Below, piece after piece: positions 1-8,554 of a DNA stretch of 64,000 nucleotides. The position numbers and the translations under genes are program-made. Source of the stretch: Acidimicrobiia bacterium (GTDB lineage: Bacteria > Actinomycetota > Acidimicrobiia > Spongiisociales > ZC4RG35); assembly GCA_965215185.1 (NCBI GenBank), contig OZ244034.1, forward strand, positions 448,001-512,000, read 5' to 3'. The notes under the pieces are model-generated. The model had not been told where the DNA came from and did not search any database. It saw nothing but the letters and a program-made list of their open reading frames with translations. Within the stretch, counting starts at the first letter, position 1. The number at the start of each line of letters is the position of its first letter.

Positions 1-484
1 GGGACAGTTCATGCTGCCCGAGCATGTGGAGCACATAGGACTGGTCCTTGTCCAGGTCCACTCCACGTCGCAGCTTCCATCGGCCTGCCTCCCGGCTGAC
101 CCGCGCGTAGTGGCCGGTCACTAAAAGGTCGTAGTCCAGCCGGGCGGCCTCTTCCAAAAGAATCGAGAACTTGATGGAGCGGTTGCACTCAACGCACGGA
201 TTGGGGGTCCGACCGTTGCGGTAGGCATTCACGAAAGGGTCCACCACTGCCTCGGCGAAGTCATCGGTGTAGTCGAAGACGTAATAGGGTATATCCAGCA
301 CAGCGGCAACCCGGCGGGCGTCCTCGGAGTCGGACACGGTGCAGCACCCGTGAGTGGGAGCCTGGCCGCCCGGACCCTCCCATAGCTTGAGAGTTACCCC
401 GATCACCTCGTGCCCTTCCCGCTCCATAAGCGCGGCCGCCACCGAGGAATCCACCCCACCGCTCATGGCGGCCAGCACCCTCAT
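1..484 (-). CDS. mnmA: tRNA-specific 2-thiouridylase, N-terminal part (runs off the window)
   Basis: The minus strand from ATG 484 reads MRVLAAMSGGVDSS, then GCCTVSDSEDARRVA and GRTPNPCVECNRSIKF. Its start overlaps the stop of the cysteine desulfurase (ATGA). Confidence 0.95.
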   Translation of the reverse strand, partial: MRVLAAMSGGVDSSVAAALMEREGHEVIGVTLKLWEGPGGQAPTHGCCTVSDSEDARRVAAVLDIPYYVFDYTDDFAEAVVDPFVNAYRNGRTPNPCVECNRSIKFSILLEEAARLDYDLLVTGHYARVSREAGRWKLRRGVDLDKDQSYVLHMLGQHELS

Positions 485-1614
485 AGCAGGCCCTCCAACG
501 CTCTCAGAGTCAGCTCGGCGGCGCGGTCGCCATCGGCGGGACGGGTGGTCCATCCAAATGAGAAACGGACGCTTGATCGGGCTCCGGAGTCGGAAATCCC
601 CATGGCCGCCAGCACATGGGAGACCCGGGCCGCCCCTGATTGACAGGAGGACCCGGCCGAAGCAGCCAGTCCCAGCCGGTCGAGGCGGACCAGCAGGGTC
701 TGGTTGGCCACTCCCGGAAAGCGCAGGTGAGAATGATGAATCGTTCGGACGGGTTGCGAGGTGATGGCCAAGCCGGGCACCTTCTCCAACAACGCCGCCT
801 CGAATCTGCGGCGCGCCTCCCTCACCTCCCGGTGAAAACGCTCACGGTCCGACCCCGCCAGTTCCATGGCCCGCGCCATGCCGACCGCCCCCAACACGTT
901 GTGGGTTCCTGACCGGCGGCCCAACTCCTGTCCTCCGCCGTGCGCCACCGGCTCCAGCCCCACGCCGTCCCGTACATACAGCATGCCCACTCCGGGGGGA
1001 CCGCCGAACTTGTGCGCAGCCAAGGAAAGAAGATCCACTCCCAACTCATCCACCCGCAGTTCTTCGGAGACGAATGCCTGCACCGCATCGGTGTGGACAA
1101 GGGCATTGGATCCCGCTCGGTCGCGAACCGCCTCGGCGATCTTTCGCACCGGCTGGCGGGCGCCGGTCTCGTTGTTGGCCGCCATAACCGACACCACCGC
1201 CGTCTCAGGAGTGACCGCCTCCGCCACCTCGCAGGGATCAACCATGCCATCGCGGTCCACTCCCACCCTGGTGACAGAGCATCCCAGGAGCCCAAGGAAT
1301 CCGACGGAACTCAAGACCGCCTCGTGTTCCACCATAGAAGTGACCACCCCTCCCCGCCTTCCGCCTGCCAGAGCCGCTCCCTTCACCGCCAGATTGTCAG
1401 ACTCGGTTCCACCACTTGTGAAGACCACCTCCAGGGGACGGCAGTGCAATACCGCCGCAATGCGCTCCCTGGCCTCCTCCAACGCATTCTTGGCAGCACG
1501 GGCCGGAGCATGAAACCCGGTGGGGTTGCCCCACCCACGGTCGGCCAAACCCGACATTGCCTCCCAGACCTGGGGACGAATCGGAGTGGTGGCGGCATGG
1601 TCAAGGTAAAGCAT
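481..1614 (-). CDS. iscS: Cysteine desulfurase (IscS/NifS class V aminotransferase)
   Basis: Motifs YLDHAATTP, FTSGGTESDN, HTDAVQ, AHKFGGP (PLP Lys), RSGT and SAGSSC; adjacent to mnmA. Start placed at MLYLDH; the ORF track extends to 1632. Confidence 0.92.
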   Translation of the reverse strand: MLYLDHAATTPIRPQVWEAMSGLADRGWGNPTGFHAPARAAKNALEEARERIAAVLHCRPLEVVFTSGGTESDNLAVKGAALAGGRRGGVVTSMVEHEAVLSSVGFLGLLGCSVTRVGVDRDGMVDPCEVAEAVTPETAVVSVMAANNETGARQPVRKIAEAVRDRAGSNALVHTDAVQAFVSEELRVDELGVDLLSLAAHKFGGPPGVGMLYVRDGVGLEPVAHGGGQELGRRSGTHNVLGAVGMARAMELAGSDRERFHREVREARRRFEAALLEKVPGLAITSQPVRTIHHSHLRFPGVANQTLLVRLDRLGLAASAGSSCQSGAARVSHVLAAMGISDSGARSSVRFSFGWTTRPADGDRAAELTLRALEGLL

Positions 1615-1966
1615 GGAAAACCTGTTCATCAAATTATGGGTCCGTCCGGTCTATTTTCCCAGAGTTGATGGTGATCGATTGACTTCAAAGGGGCAAGTCG
1701 AGTAGCGCTCCGGTCAACCGTTGAGCGACGTTGCGAGATCTTCGTCATGCTATACCGCTGCCAGGACCGAGGGACACGACATCATCTGCCCCATTGAGAA
1801 GGTTAGACGTGTCGGCGGTTCAATCAGGTTCGGGTCCGGCCGTGAGCGGGCTGTTTTCTACCTGCTGACTGCCGGTGGACTCCCTGCCAGAATGGAGTGA
1901 GTCGAGGGAGGTGTGGCGCTCCCTCGACTCTGTATTTACAAGCGTCCGAGGAGGGGCGGGCGGCAG

Positions 1967-3586
1967 CTAATTCCCTGAATCGGTTTCCACTGTCTGTACG
2001 GAATCGGCGGCTAAGGCGGCATGGGAGAGCCCGGCTGCGTTACCTGCCCTGTCAAAAATGCTGCCCCCATTCAACGCCAGGCTGTTGGCGCTTACGCCGA
2101 TTCCGTCGGAGTCGGCATCGCCTCTTTGGATTTGATACTCGAAAACCATGTCGTTGTTGAAGCGCCGGTTCGGATTGGTTTCGGGTCGGAGCAGGGCATG
2201 CCGTATCGTTCCACCGACATCCAGTTCGAGTTGGAGGTCACCGGCTTTGGTCACCGGTTCGCTGAAGACCATTTCTACCCTGATGAACTCCCCGACTCTG
2301 TAGGCCTCCCTGTTTCCCGGCCGGGACGTGATGTAAATGCCTGAGATAGTGGGTGGAGCCGTGTCGATCTTGTGATCCGGTAGATGCCCGGTGGTCGGAA
2401 AGTGCTTCAGGTACTCTACATCGGCGCCCTTTGCCTTGATGTTGCCGCTCCCTATCACCGCGGTGGCTCCATAGGGAATCATGATGCCCCTGGTATCCAT
2501 ATCGCCTGGTTGGACGGCATAGCCGAACACCAGAGTGTCAGTGCCGGAGCCTCTGAGGTACACGGATTCTCTCCAGGCTTCTGCCCAGTTGGAACCATGG
2601 AGTCCGACGTACAGGGCCAAGCCCACGTCTCCTTCAACCACCACGTCGATGTCGAAGTTGAGGGAGATCTCGATTATCTGGTTGGCCCGATATGCCTCCC
2701 ATCCGTCCGGTGGAATCGAGGTGACCCCGACATTCATCACATAGGGTCTTCCATTCACTTTGTGGATGGAGGCATCTTTGATACCCGAGTGCACGTAATC
2801 GATCGGTACGTCTGTTCCCTTCGCATATATGTTCCCGCTGAATCCGCGGCTTGGGTTGTGATTTCTACCAACGGCGGCACTGCTGACAGTGATGCCGTCA
2901 AGGTCCCGGTCGACTGGCTGTACTTGATAGCGGAAGATCAGAAACCGGCCCCCCGAACCCTGGTGGTATCTCGCCCCTCTCAAAGTGCCACTGGCGCCCT
3001 CACCCAAGTAGAGGTGTATCAGAGCGTCTCCTCTCGCTTCCACTTCCGCTTCCTGGTCAAGGGTCACCCTGACGTCGATGCTCTCTCCGGTGCGGTAGGT
3101 GTCCCCTCTGATAGGCACGGAGGTGATTTCTACATCCGTGATCCTCGGCGCATCGTCATCATCGATTGTGATCACACAACTGTGAAACGAGCCTCCGAAC
3201 TGGGCGCCGAGTTCAAACGTCTCGTCATGTTCGGGTACCGCGTCGTCCTTCGTCATTACCGGAATCCATACGGTGTCGCTGTCTCCTTGACTGGTCATTT
3301 TGATCCTGTCATAGGGGACGAAGTCGTCGGTGTCGGCAGTGTGGTGGCTGTGGTAGCTGTACACGAACACCTGGATCTTGTGGTACCCGGGCCATTGAAG
3401 TCCCATGAAGGCTGATTCGCCCTCCGAGATCGGGTCAGGACATATCGGGATGGGATCCGGCACCGCATAGGCGAGAGACGGCGAAACAGGCATCACCGCC
3501 AGAAGGGCGAAGAGTACCGCGGCGGCTATCCACGTTGCGCTAAGTCTGCCTCGCCGCTGTCCGAACAAGGGTGCTGCACCTTTCAT
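1967..3586 (-). CDS. Secreted repeat protein: signal peptide, Calx-beta-like domain, three Ig-like repeats (putative adhesin)
   Basis: Signal peptide ending AYA; EHDETFEL...VITIDDDD Calx-beta-like motif; three repeats with GE.I.V...F...V...G.L.L...GSG...L.F.Y.VQ..D.D..GI; SD GGAGG upstream. Confidence 0.8.
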   Translation of the reverse strand: MKGAAPLFGQRRGRLSATWIAAAVLFALLAVMPVSPSLAYAVPDPIPICPDPISEGESAFMGLQWPGYHKIQVFVYSYHSHHTADTDDFVPYDRIKMTSQGDSDTVWIPVMTKDDAVPEHDETFELGAQFGGSFHSCVITIDDDDAPRITDVEITSVPIRGDTYRTGESIDVRVTLDQEAEVEARGDALIHLYLGEGASGTLRGARYHQGSGGRFLIFRYQVQPVDRDLDGITVSSAAVGRNHNPSRGFSGNIYAKGTDVPIDYVHSGIKDASIHKVNGRPYVMNVGVTSIPPDGWEAYRANQIIEISLNFDIDVVVEGDVGLALYVGLHGSNWAEAWRESVYLRGSGTDTLVFGYAVQPGDMDTRGIMIPYGATAVIGSGNIKAKGADVEYLKHFPTTGHLPDHKIDTAPPTISGIYITSRPGNREAYRVGEFIRVEMVFSEPVTKAGDLQLELDVGGTIRHALLRPETNPNRRFNNDMVFEYQIQRGDADSDGIGVSANSLALNGGSIFDRAGNAAGLSHAALAADSVQTVETDSGN

Positions 3587-3700
3587 CTGTTGCCTCCTAC
3601 TCCTACTTGGTTCCTACCGCGGTCAGGGTCCAGAGCGCCCGACGCATAGAATGGGTCAACGGTCATAGTGATGACCGGGACACGATTTGTGCGTCTGTGT

Positions 3701-5332
3701 CTAGTCCTCACGAGAGGTATCCACTCTGTGGGCTGAGTCGGCCGGTAAGGTCCCGTGGCTGAGGCCTGCGGCGTTGCCGGCGCTGTCATGGATGCTGCCT
3801 CCGTTAAGTCTCAGGCTGTTGGCACTGATACCGATGCCGTCTGTATCGGTGTCGCCCTCCTGTACGGCATAACGGAAAACCATCGTGTCCCCGTAGCTTC
3901 GCTCCTGGGTGACAGGGGCCTGCAGTTGCGCCCTCCGCGTCACTCCGCCGATGTCCAAGTCCAGTTGCAGATCTCCGCTGATGGTGACCTTTTCGCTGAA
4001 GGCCACTTCAACCTTGACCAGTTCGCCGGCGTCGTAAGCTTCACTGTTCCGAGGTTGTGATTTGAAGTTGATCGACGAGATGGTGGGCGGGGCCGTATCG
4101 ATCTTGTGGTCCGGTAAATGTCCCGTGCCCCAAAAGTACGGATACCGTTCCACATCCGTTCCCTTGGCTTTGATTTTTCCATCCCCATAGAAGCCGTTTC
4201 CAGGGCTTCCAAAACCTATCATGACGCCGTTTCGGTCCATGTTGCCCGGCCTGACGGTGTAGCCGAACACCAGTGTGTCGGTTCCGGATCCCCTTATGTA
4301 CCGTGCGTGTCTCCTCGCTGCATCCCAGTTGTCGCCGTTGAAACCGACGTACAACCCCAATGAGACGTCACCTTCCACCTCCACCTCGATGTTGAACCGC
4401 ATAGAGGCTTCAATAACCTGATTGACGCGGTAGGCATCCCATCCTCCCGGTGGCGCGGAGATGATGCGGGGATCTATGACCACGGGCCGGCCGTCAACCT
4501 GGTGGCGGGACGAATCCCCGATACCGGGGTGGGTGTAGTCGACCTGCACGTCCGTTCCCTGGGCGATAATCTTTCCGCTGAAGCCGTAGGCGGGGCTACG
4601 ATCCGCGTCCACGCCGGCGCTGCTGACGCTGACGCCATTGGTATCCCTATCGATCGCCTGCACCGTGTATCTGAAGGTCAGCGTCCTGGTCCCCGAGCCT
4701 CGGCGGTATCTTGCCCCTCGCCAGGTGTGGTCGCTGCCATCACCCACATATAGACCCAGCACAGGACTCCCTTCCACCTCAACCTCTTGGTCAAAGGTCA
4801 CCGCCACAGTGATGCTCTCACCAGCGATGTAAGCGTTTCCTACGGCCGGGGTTGATGTGATTACCACGCTCGTCACTTCGGGGGTGTCGTCGTCGAGAAT
4901 CGTGACCACACAACCGTGCCATGTGCCGTTCACCTCAAAACCGATGGAGAAGGTCTCGTCGTATTCTGGCGAATAGTCTTCTCTTGTTTCTACTGGTACC
5001 CGCACAGTGTCTTCGTCTGGGTCGCTGGTAATCGTTTCGCCGTCGTAGGGGATGTAGTCATCGCCGTCGGCCGTGGAGGCACTGTGGTCAGTGGAAACAC
5101 TCACTGAGACCGATCTGGCGCCTGGATCACGTATCTGCATGAAGGCCGTGTGACCCTCCCGGATAGAAGCCGGACACACCACATACATCTTGCTGTGATC
5201 CGCCAAGGCCGGAGGCGCAGAGGTCAGGGCAAGAAGCATCACCAATGGCAGGATGGTGAGAGCGCCGGCGGCACTGCTCTTTCCTGTTGGTCTGCCCCAC
5301 CGCCATCGGAACATTTGCGCTATTCCTTTCAT
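3701..5332 (-). CDS. Secreted repeat protein, tandem paralog of 1967..3586
   Basis: Same architecture and colinear sequence (e.g. shared TGHLPDHKIDTAPPTIS and DxAGNAAGLSH); signal peptide ending ALA; SD AGGAG. Confidence 0.8.
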   Translation of the reverse strand: MKGIAQMFRWRWGRPTGKSSAAGALTILPLVMLLALTSAPPALADHSKMYVVCPASIREGHTAFMQIRDPGARSVSVSVSTDHSASTADGDDYIPYDGETITSDPDEDTVRVPVETREDYSPEYDETFSIGFEVNGTWHGCVVTILDDDTPEVTSVVITSTPAVGNAYIAGESITVAVTFDQEVEVEGSPVLGLYVGDGSDHTWRGARYRRGSGTRTLTFRYTVQAIDRDTNGVSVSSAGVDADRSPAYGFSGKIIAQGTDVQVDYTHPGIGDSSRHQVDGRPVVIDPRIISAPPGGWDAYRVNQVIEASMRFNIEVEVEGDVSLGLYVGFNGDNWDAARRHARYIRGSGTDTLVFGYTVRPGNMDRNGVMIGFGSPGNGFYGDGKIKAKGTDVERYPYFWGTGHLPDHKIDTAPPTISSINFKSQPRNSEAYDAGELVKVEVAFSEKVTISGDLQLDLDIGGVTRRAQLQAPVTQERSYGDTMVFRYAVQEGDTDTDGIGISANSLRLNGGSIHDSAGNAAGLSHGTLPADSAHRVDTSRED

Positions 5333-5436
5333 CTCCTGTCTCCTGTCGCTGCCTGCTTGCTGTCTTTGTCGCTACCTGATGCTTCTTCGTTCTTTCATCT
5401 CTCAGCTCCAATCACGACCCGGCGCCCTTTCGATCC

Positions 5437-5868
5437 CTACCTCCACGTCTCTGTTTCCACCTCGCAGGTCGTCAGGCTGGCTGCCCGGACCTGACAGCGG
5501 GAACCGATGGCCGTAGCGAGTCGCTGATCACCGGTCACGAGATCGCACCGCAGCGCCTCGGCCAGGGCGATATAGCAGGCTTCCCGGGTTGTCGCATGAG
5601 CCCACAGCGAGAAGGCTCGAGGTAGAAGCGGTCGAGTAGGGCACGAGGACATGGGAAGGTCGTCGAGGTCCTTGATGGCCGTGCGGCAGCGTTCAGCGAG
5701 TAGAGCCCCTCTCAGCCACTGCTGACGCAGGAGATCTACCGTTTCGACGTAAGCCACATCGGGGACAAAGACGGCTGTCGACTCGGCAAAAGCCTTCCTA
5801 GCGGCCTGACCAGTTGACCCCCCGTCGGTCAGCAGGCTGACCAGCAGGGAGGCGTCGGCGACAATCAC
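5437..5868 (-). CDS. PIN-domain (VapC-like) toxin
   Basis: GTG start overlaps the antitoxin stop (GTGA). Reads MIVADASLLV...E...EACYIALAEALRCDLVTGDQRLA, a typical VapC pattern except that the usual DAxY Asp is Glu. Confidence 0.85.
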   Translation of the reverse strand: MIVADASLLVSLLTDGGSTGQAARKAFAESTAVFVPDVAYVETVDLLRQQWLRGALLAERCRTAIKDLDDLPMSSCPTRPLLPRAFSLWAHATTREACYIALAEALRCDLVTGDQRLATAIGSRCQVRAASLTTCEVETETWR

Positions 5869-6098
5869 GTCTGCTTCCGCCTTCCCTGTTCCAGGTCGCG
5901 GACGACTATTTCCATGTCCACCTTTGCGAGGCTGCGGTTCTCTATCCGCTTCAACACCTCGTCCATGGTGGGTTTTTGGGCCAGGGCGGTCAGTTCTTTC
6001 AGCAGGTATTGCTGCAGGGACTGCCCTCTGGTCTTGGCCCGGTGCTTGAGTTGAAGGTGAAGCTCGTTGGGAACTTCCCTTATCAGTATGGACTTCAT
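5865..6098 (-). CDS. Ribbon-helix-helix (FitA-like) antitoxin, 77 aa
   Basis: MKSILIREVPNELHLQLKHRAKTRGQSLQQYLLKEL fits the RHH pattern; coupled to the PIN gene; GATAAT -10-like hexamer 8 nt before the ATG. Confidence 0.85.
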   Translation of the reverse strand: MKSILIREVPNELHLQLKHRAKTRGQSLQQYLLKELTALAQKPTMDEVLKRIENRSLAKVDMEIVVRDLEQGRRKQT

Positions 6099-6224
6099 TG
6101 ACAACAATTATCAAGTAGTCGCGAAATAATGCTGGGGTATTAATAACCGAATGCGTTTGATAAAGGCGTCGCATAGATATTTGGAAGTGGTATTAAGAGC
6201 CCGGTCCCAGAAACTGAGTTCCGC

Positions 6225-6313
6225 TTGAGACTTCAGCAGACGGATGTATTCGCCGTCAAGGGCATGACCTGTGCCTCATGCGACAACGGGTGGAGCATGC
6301 CATCATGCAGAGG
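6225..6313 (+). pseudogene. Truncated, frameshifted HMA (copZ/copA N-terminal) relic
   Basis: TTG-RLQQTDVFAVKGMTCASC, then a 1-nt deletion, then QRVEHAIMQR. Colinear with the copA start at 8555 ([29 protein letters not shown]). Confidence 0.8.
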
Positions 6314-6411
6314 TGTTCCCCTCACCCAGGATGTCTTGGGGATCCGGGCATAGTGGCCGGTAAACAACTGGCCGCAGGCGGTTCGGGCCGCGCCTGCCAT
6401 AAAATGGCGAC

Positions 6412-7947
6412 ATGAAGGTTCCTCTCACCATCCGCGACCACCTCGACCGGGCCTTGGCCGTGTACCCCGACCGGGTCGCCTTCGTCGACGAGCCCGACCA
6501 GCCCGCCCCATCGATGGGGGATGTGACCTTCTCGCGTCTGGGAGAGTTGGCAGACGCCACCGGAGCTGGCCTAGACGCGTTGGGCGTGCCCGTAGGTGGG
6601 CGCGTCGCCATGGTGTCGCACAACGCCGGCCGCCTGCTCACCTCCTTCTGGGGCGTGAGCGGCAACGGCCGCATCTTCGTGCCCGTCAACTTCCGCCTCA
6701 GCACCGACGAGGTGACATACATCGTCGAGCACAGCGGCGCCGATGTGTTGCTGGTCGATCCCGAACTGGCCGACACGCTGGCGCCCATCGAGTGCCGCCA
6801 CAAGTTCGTGCTCGGCACCGAGTCCGACGAGGCCATGTTCCGCTTCGGCTCGGCCCCTCGGCCCTGGACGCCCGACGAGGACGCGGCCGCAGTTATCAAC
6901 TACACCTCCGGCACGACCGCCAGGCCCAAGGGCGTGCAGCAGACGCACCGCAGCCTCTGGCTCAACGCGGCGGTGTTCGGCTGGCACACGACGGTCAGCG
7001 ACCGCGACAATTACCTACACACCCTGCCCATGTTCCACTGCAACGGCTGGGGGATGCCCTATGCGCTGGTGGGCATGGGGGCCAAACAGGTGGTACTGCG
7101 CAAGGTGGACGGCGCAGAGATTCTGCGCCGGGTGGACGAGCACGGCATCACGATTATGTGCGGTGCGCCCGCGGTGGTGGCGGCCATCCTCGCCGCCGCC
7201 GCCGAATGGGAGGGAGCCATTCCCGGGGCGGGCCGCACCCGCATCGTGGTGGCCGGTGCGCCACCACCCACCCGCACCATCGAGCGGGTGGAAACGGAGT
7301 TGAACTGGGAGTTCATCCATCTCTATGGCCTTACCGAGACAGCGCCGCTGCTCACCATGAACCGTAGACGGGCCGAATGGGACCACCTGTCACCGGGCGA
7401 GAGGGCCCGGAAGCTGGCCAGCCAGGGTGTGCCCGGTCTGGGCGTGCGCATGACCGTGAGCCCAGACGGCGAGTTCCTGGCCCGCACCAACCATGTGCTC
7501 GAGGGCTACTGGGAGCAGCCCGACGCCACCGCGGCGGCCATCGTAGACGGCTGGTTCCACACCGGCGACGGGGGATACGCCGACGCCGACGGCTATTACA
7601 CCATCACCGACCGCAAGAAGGATGTCATTATCTCCGGCGGCGAGAACGTGTCGTCCATCGAGGTGGAGGACGCTCTGTTCTCTCACCCGGCCGTGGCCGA
7701 AGTGGCCGTTATTGGCGTTCCCCACCCCAAGTGGGGCGAAACGGTCAAGGCACTGGTGGTGCCGGCCCCCGGCGCTGAGGTGACGCCCGAGGATCTCATC
7801 GCCCACTGCCGGGATCTCATCGCCCACTACAAGTGCCCAACCTCGGTGGAGATCCGTACGGAACTGGCCCGCACCGCCACCGGCAAGCTCCAGAAGTTCA
7901 AGCTGCGGGCCCCCTACTGGGAGGGCATGGAGAAGGCCGTCAACTAG
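6412..7947 (+). CDS. AMP-binding acyl-CoA synthetase (fatty-acid/aryl-CoA ligase family)
   Basis: Motifs YTSGTTARPKG, YGLTET, GWFHTGD, DRKKDVIISGGENVSSIEVE and RTATGKLQK. Confidence 0.93.
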   Translation: MKVPLTIRDHLDRALAVYPDRVAFVDEPDQPAPSMGDVTFSRLGELADATGAGLDALGVPVGGRVAMVSHNAGRLLTSFWGVSGNGRIFVPVNFRLSTDEVTYIVEHSGADVLLVDPELADTLAPIECRHKFVLGTESDEAMFRFGSAPRPWTPDEDAAAVINYTSGTTARPKGVQQTHRSLWLNAAVFGWHTTVSDRDNYLHTLPMFHCNGWGMPYALVGMGAKQVVLRKVDGAEILRRVDEHGITIMCGAPAVVAAILAAAAEWEGAIPGAGRTRIVVAGAPPPTRTIERVETELNWEFIHLYGLTETAPLLTMNRRRAEWDHLSPGERARKLASQGVPGLGVRMTVSPDGEFLARTNHVLEGYWEQPDATAAAIVDGWFHTGDGGYADADGYYTITDRKKDVIISGGENVSSIEVEDALFSHPAVAEVAVIGVPHPKWGETVKALVVPAPGAEVTPEDLIAHCRDLIAHYKCPTSVEIRTELARTATGKLQKFKLRAPYWEGMEKAVN

Positions 7948-8056
7948 CTGTCCTACCAAGGCTTCCTGAGCTTCATGGCCAATACCGAAAAAGACTGTGG
8001 GGTGGAAGCAAGTGTCGGTAGTGGGTGCCGGCGGGGCTTCTAGAATGGGAGTTAAC

Positions 8057-8278
8057 ATGGCTTCTACTAAGACGGATGGTTTTTCGGTCGGTGGCATGAC
8101 CTGCGGTTCATGTGCACAACGGGTGGAGAACGCTCTTTTGCAGAGGGAGGACGTGACGGAGGCTTCGGTCGATCTGGCGGGTGCCAAGGTGCGGGTTACT
8201 CACGATGCGGGCACAGATCTGTCAGTGCTTTTTGATGCTGTGAGAGCCCTTGGATATGAGGTGGGTCCGCTCCTTTAG
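8057..8278 (+). CDS. copZ: Copper chaperone (HMA domain), copy 1
   Basis: GMTCGSC metal motif, 73 aa, upstream of a P1B ATPase. Confidence 0.85.
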   Translation: MASTKTDGFSVGGMTCGSCAQRVENALLQREDVTEASVDLAGAKVRVTHDAGTDLSVLFDAVRALGYEVGPLL

Positions 8279-8305
8279 CGGGCCCTTACTATTGGAGGTT
8301 TGACT

Positions 8306-8527
8306 GTGGCTATTACTAAGACGGATCGTTTTTCGGTCGGTGGCATGACCTGCGGTTCATGTGCACAACGGGTGGAGAACGCTCTTTTGCAGAGGGAGGA
8401 CGTGACGGAGGCTTCGGTCGATCTGGCGGGTGCCAAGGTGCGGGTTACTCACGATGCGGGCACAGATCTGTCAGTGCTTTTTGATGCTGTGAGAGCCCTT
8501 GGATATGAGGTGGGTCCGCTCCTTTAG
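8306..8527 (+). CDS. copZ: Copper chaperone (HMA domain), copy 2
   Basis: Near-identical to copy 1 at the DNA level; GGAGG SD then GTG; 73 aa. Confidence 0.85.
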   Translation: MAITKTDRFSVGGMTCGSCAQRVENALLQREDVTEASVDLAGAKVRVTHDAGTDLSVLFDAVRALGYEVGPLL

Positions 8528-8554
8528 CGGGCCCTTACCATTTTGGAGGTTGGC

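Noticed and set aside
1676-1705. AbrB/MazE-like antitoxin fragment RLTSKGQVE*
   Set aside because: A nine-residue match followed by a stop, with no start or partner; too short to support.
5869-6174. N-terminal extension of the 245-aa ORF 5437..6174
   Set aside because: It overlaps the antitoxin in another frame; the PIN domain starts at GTG 5868.
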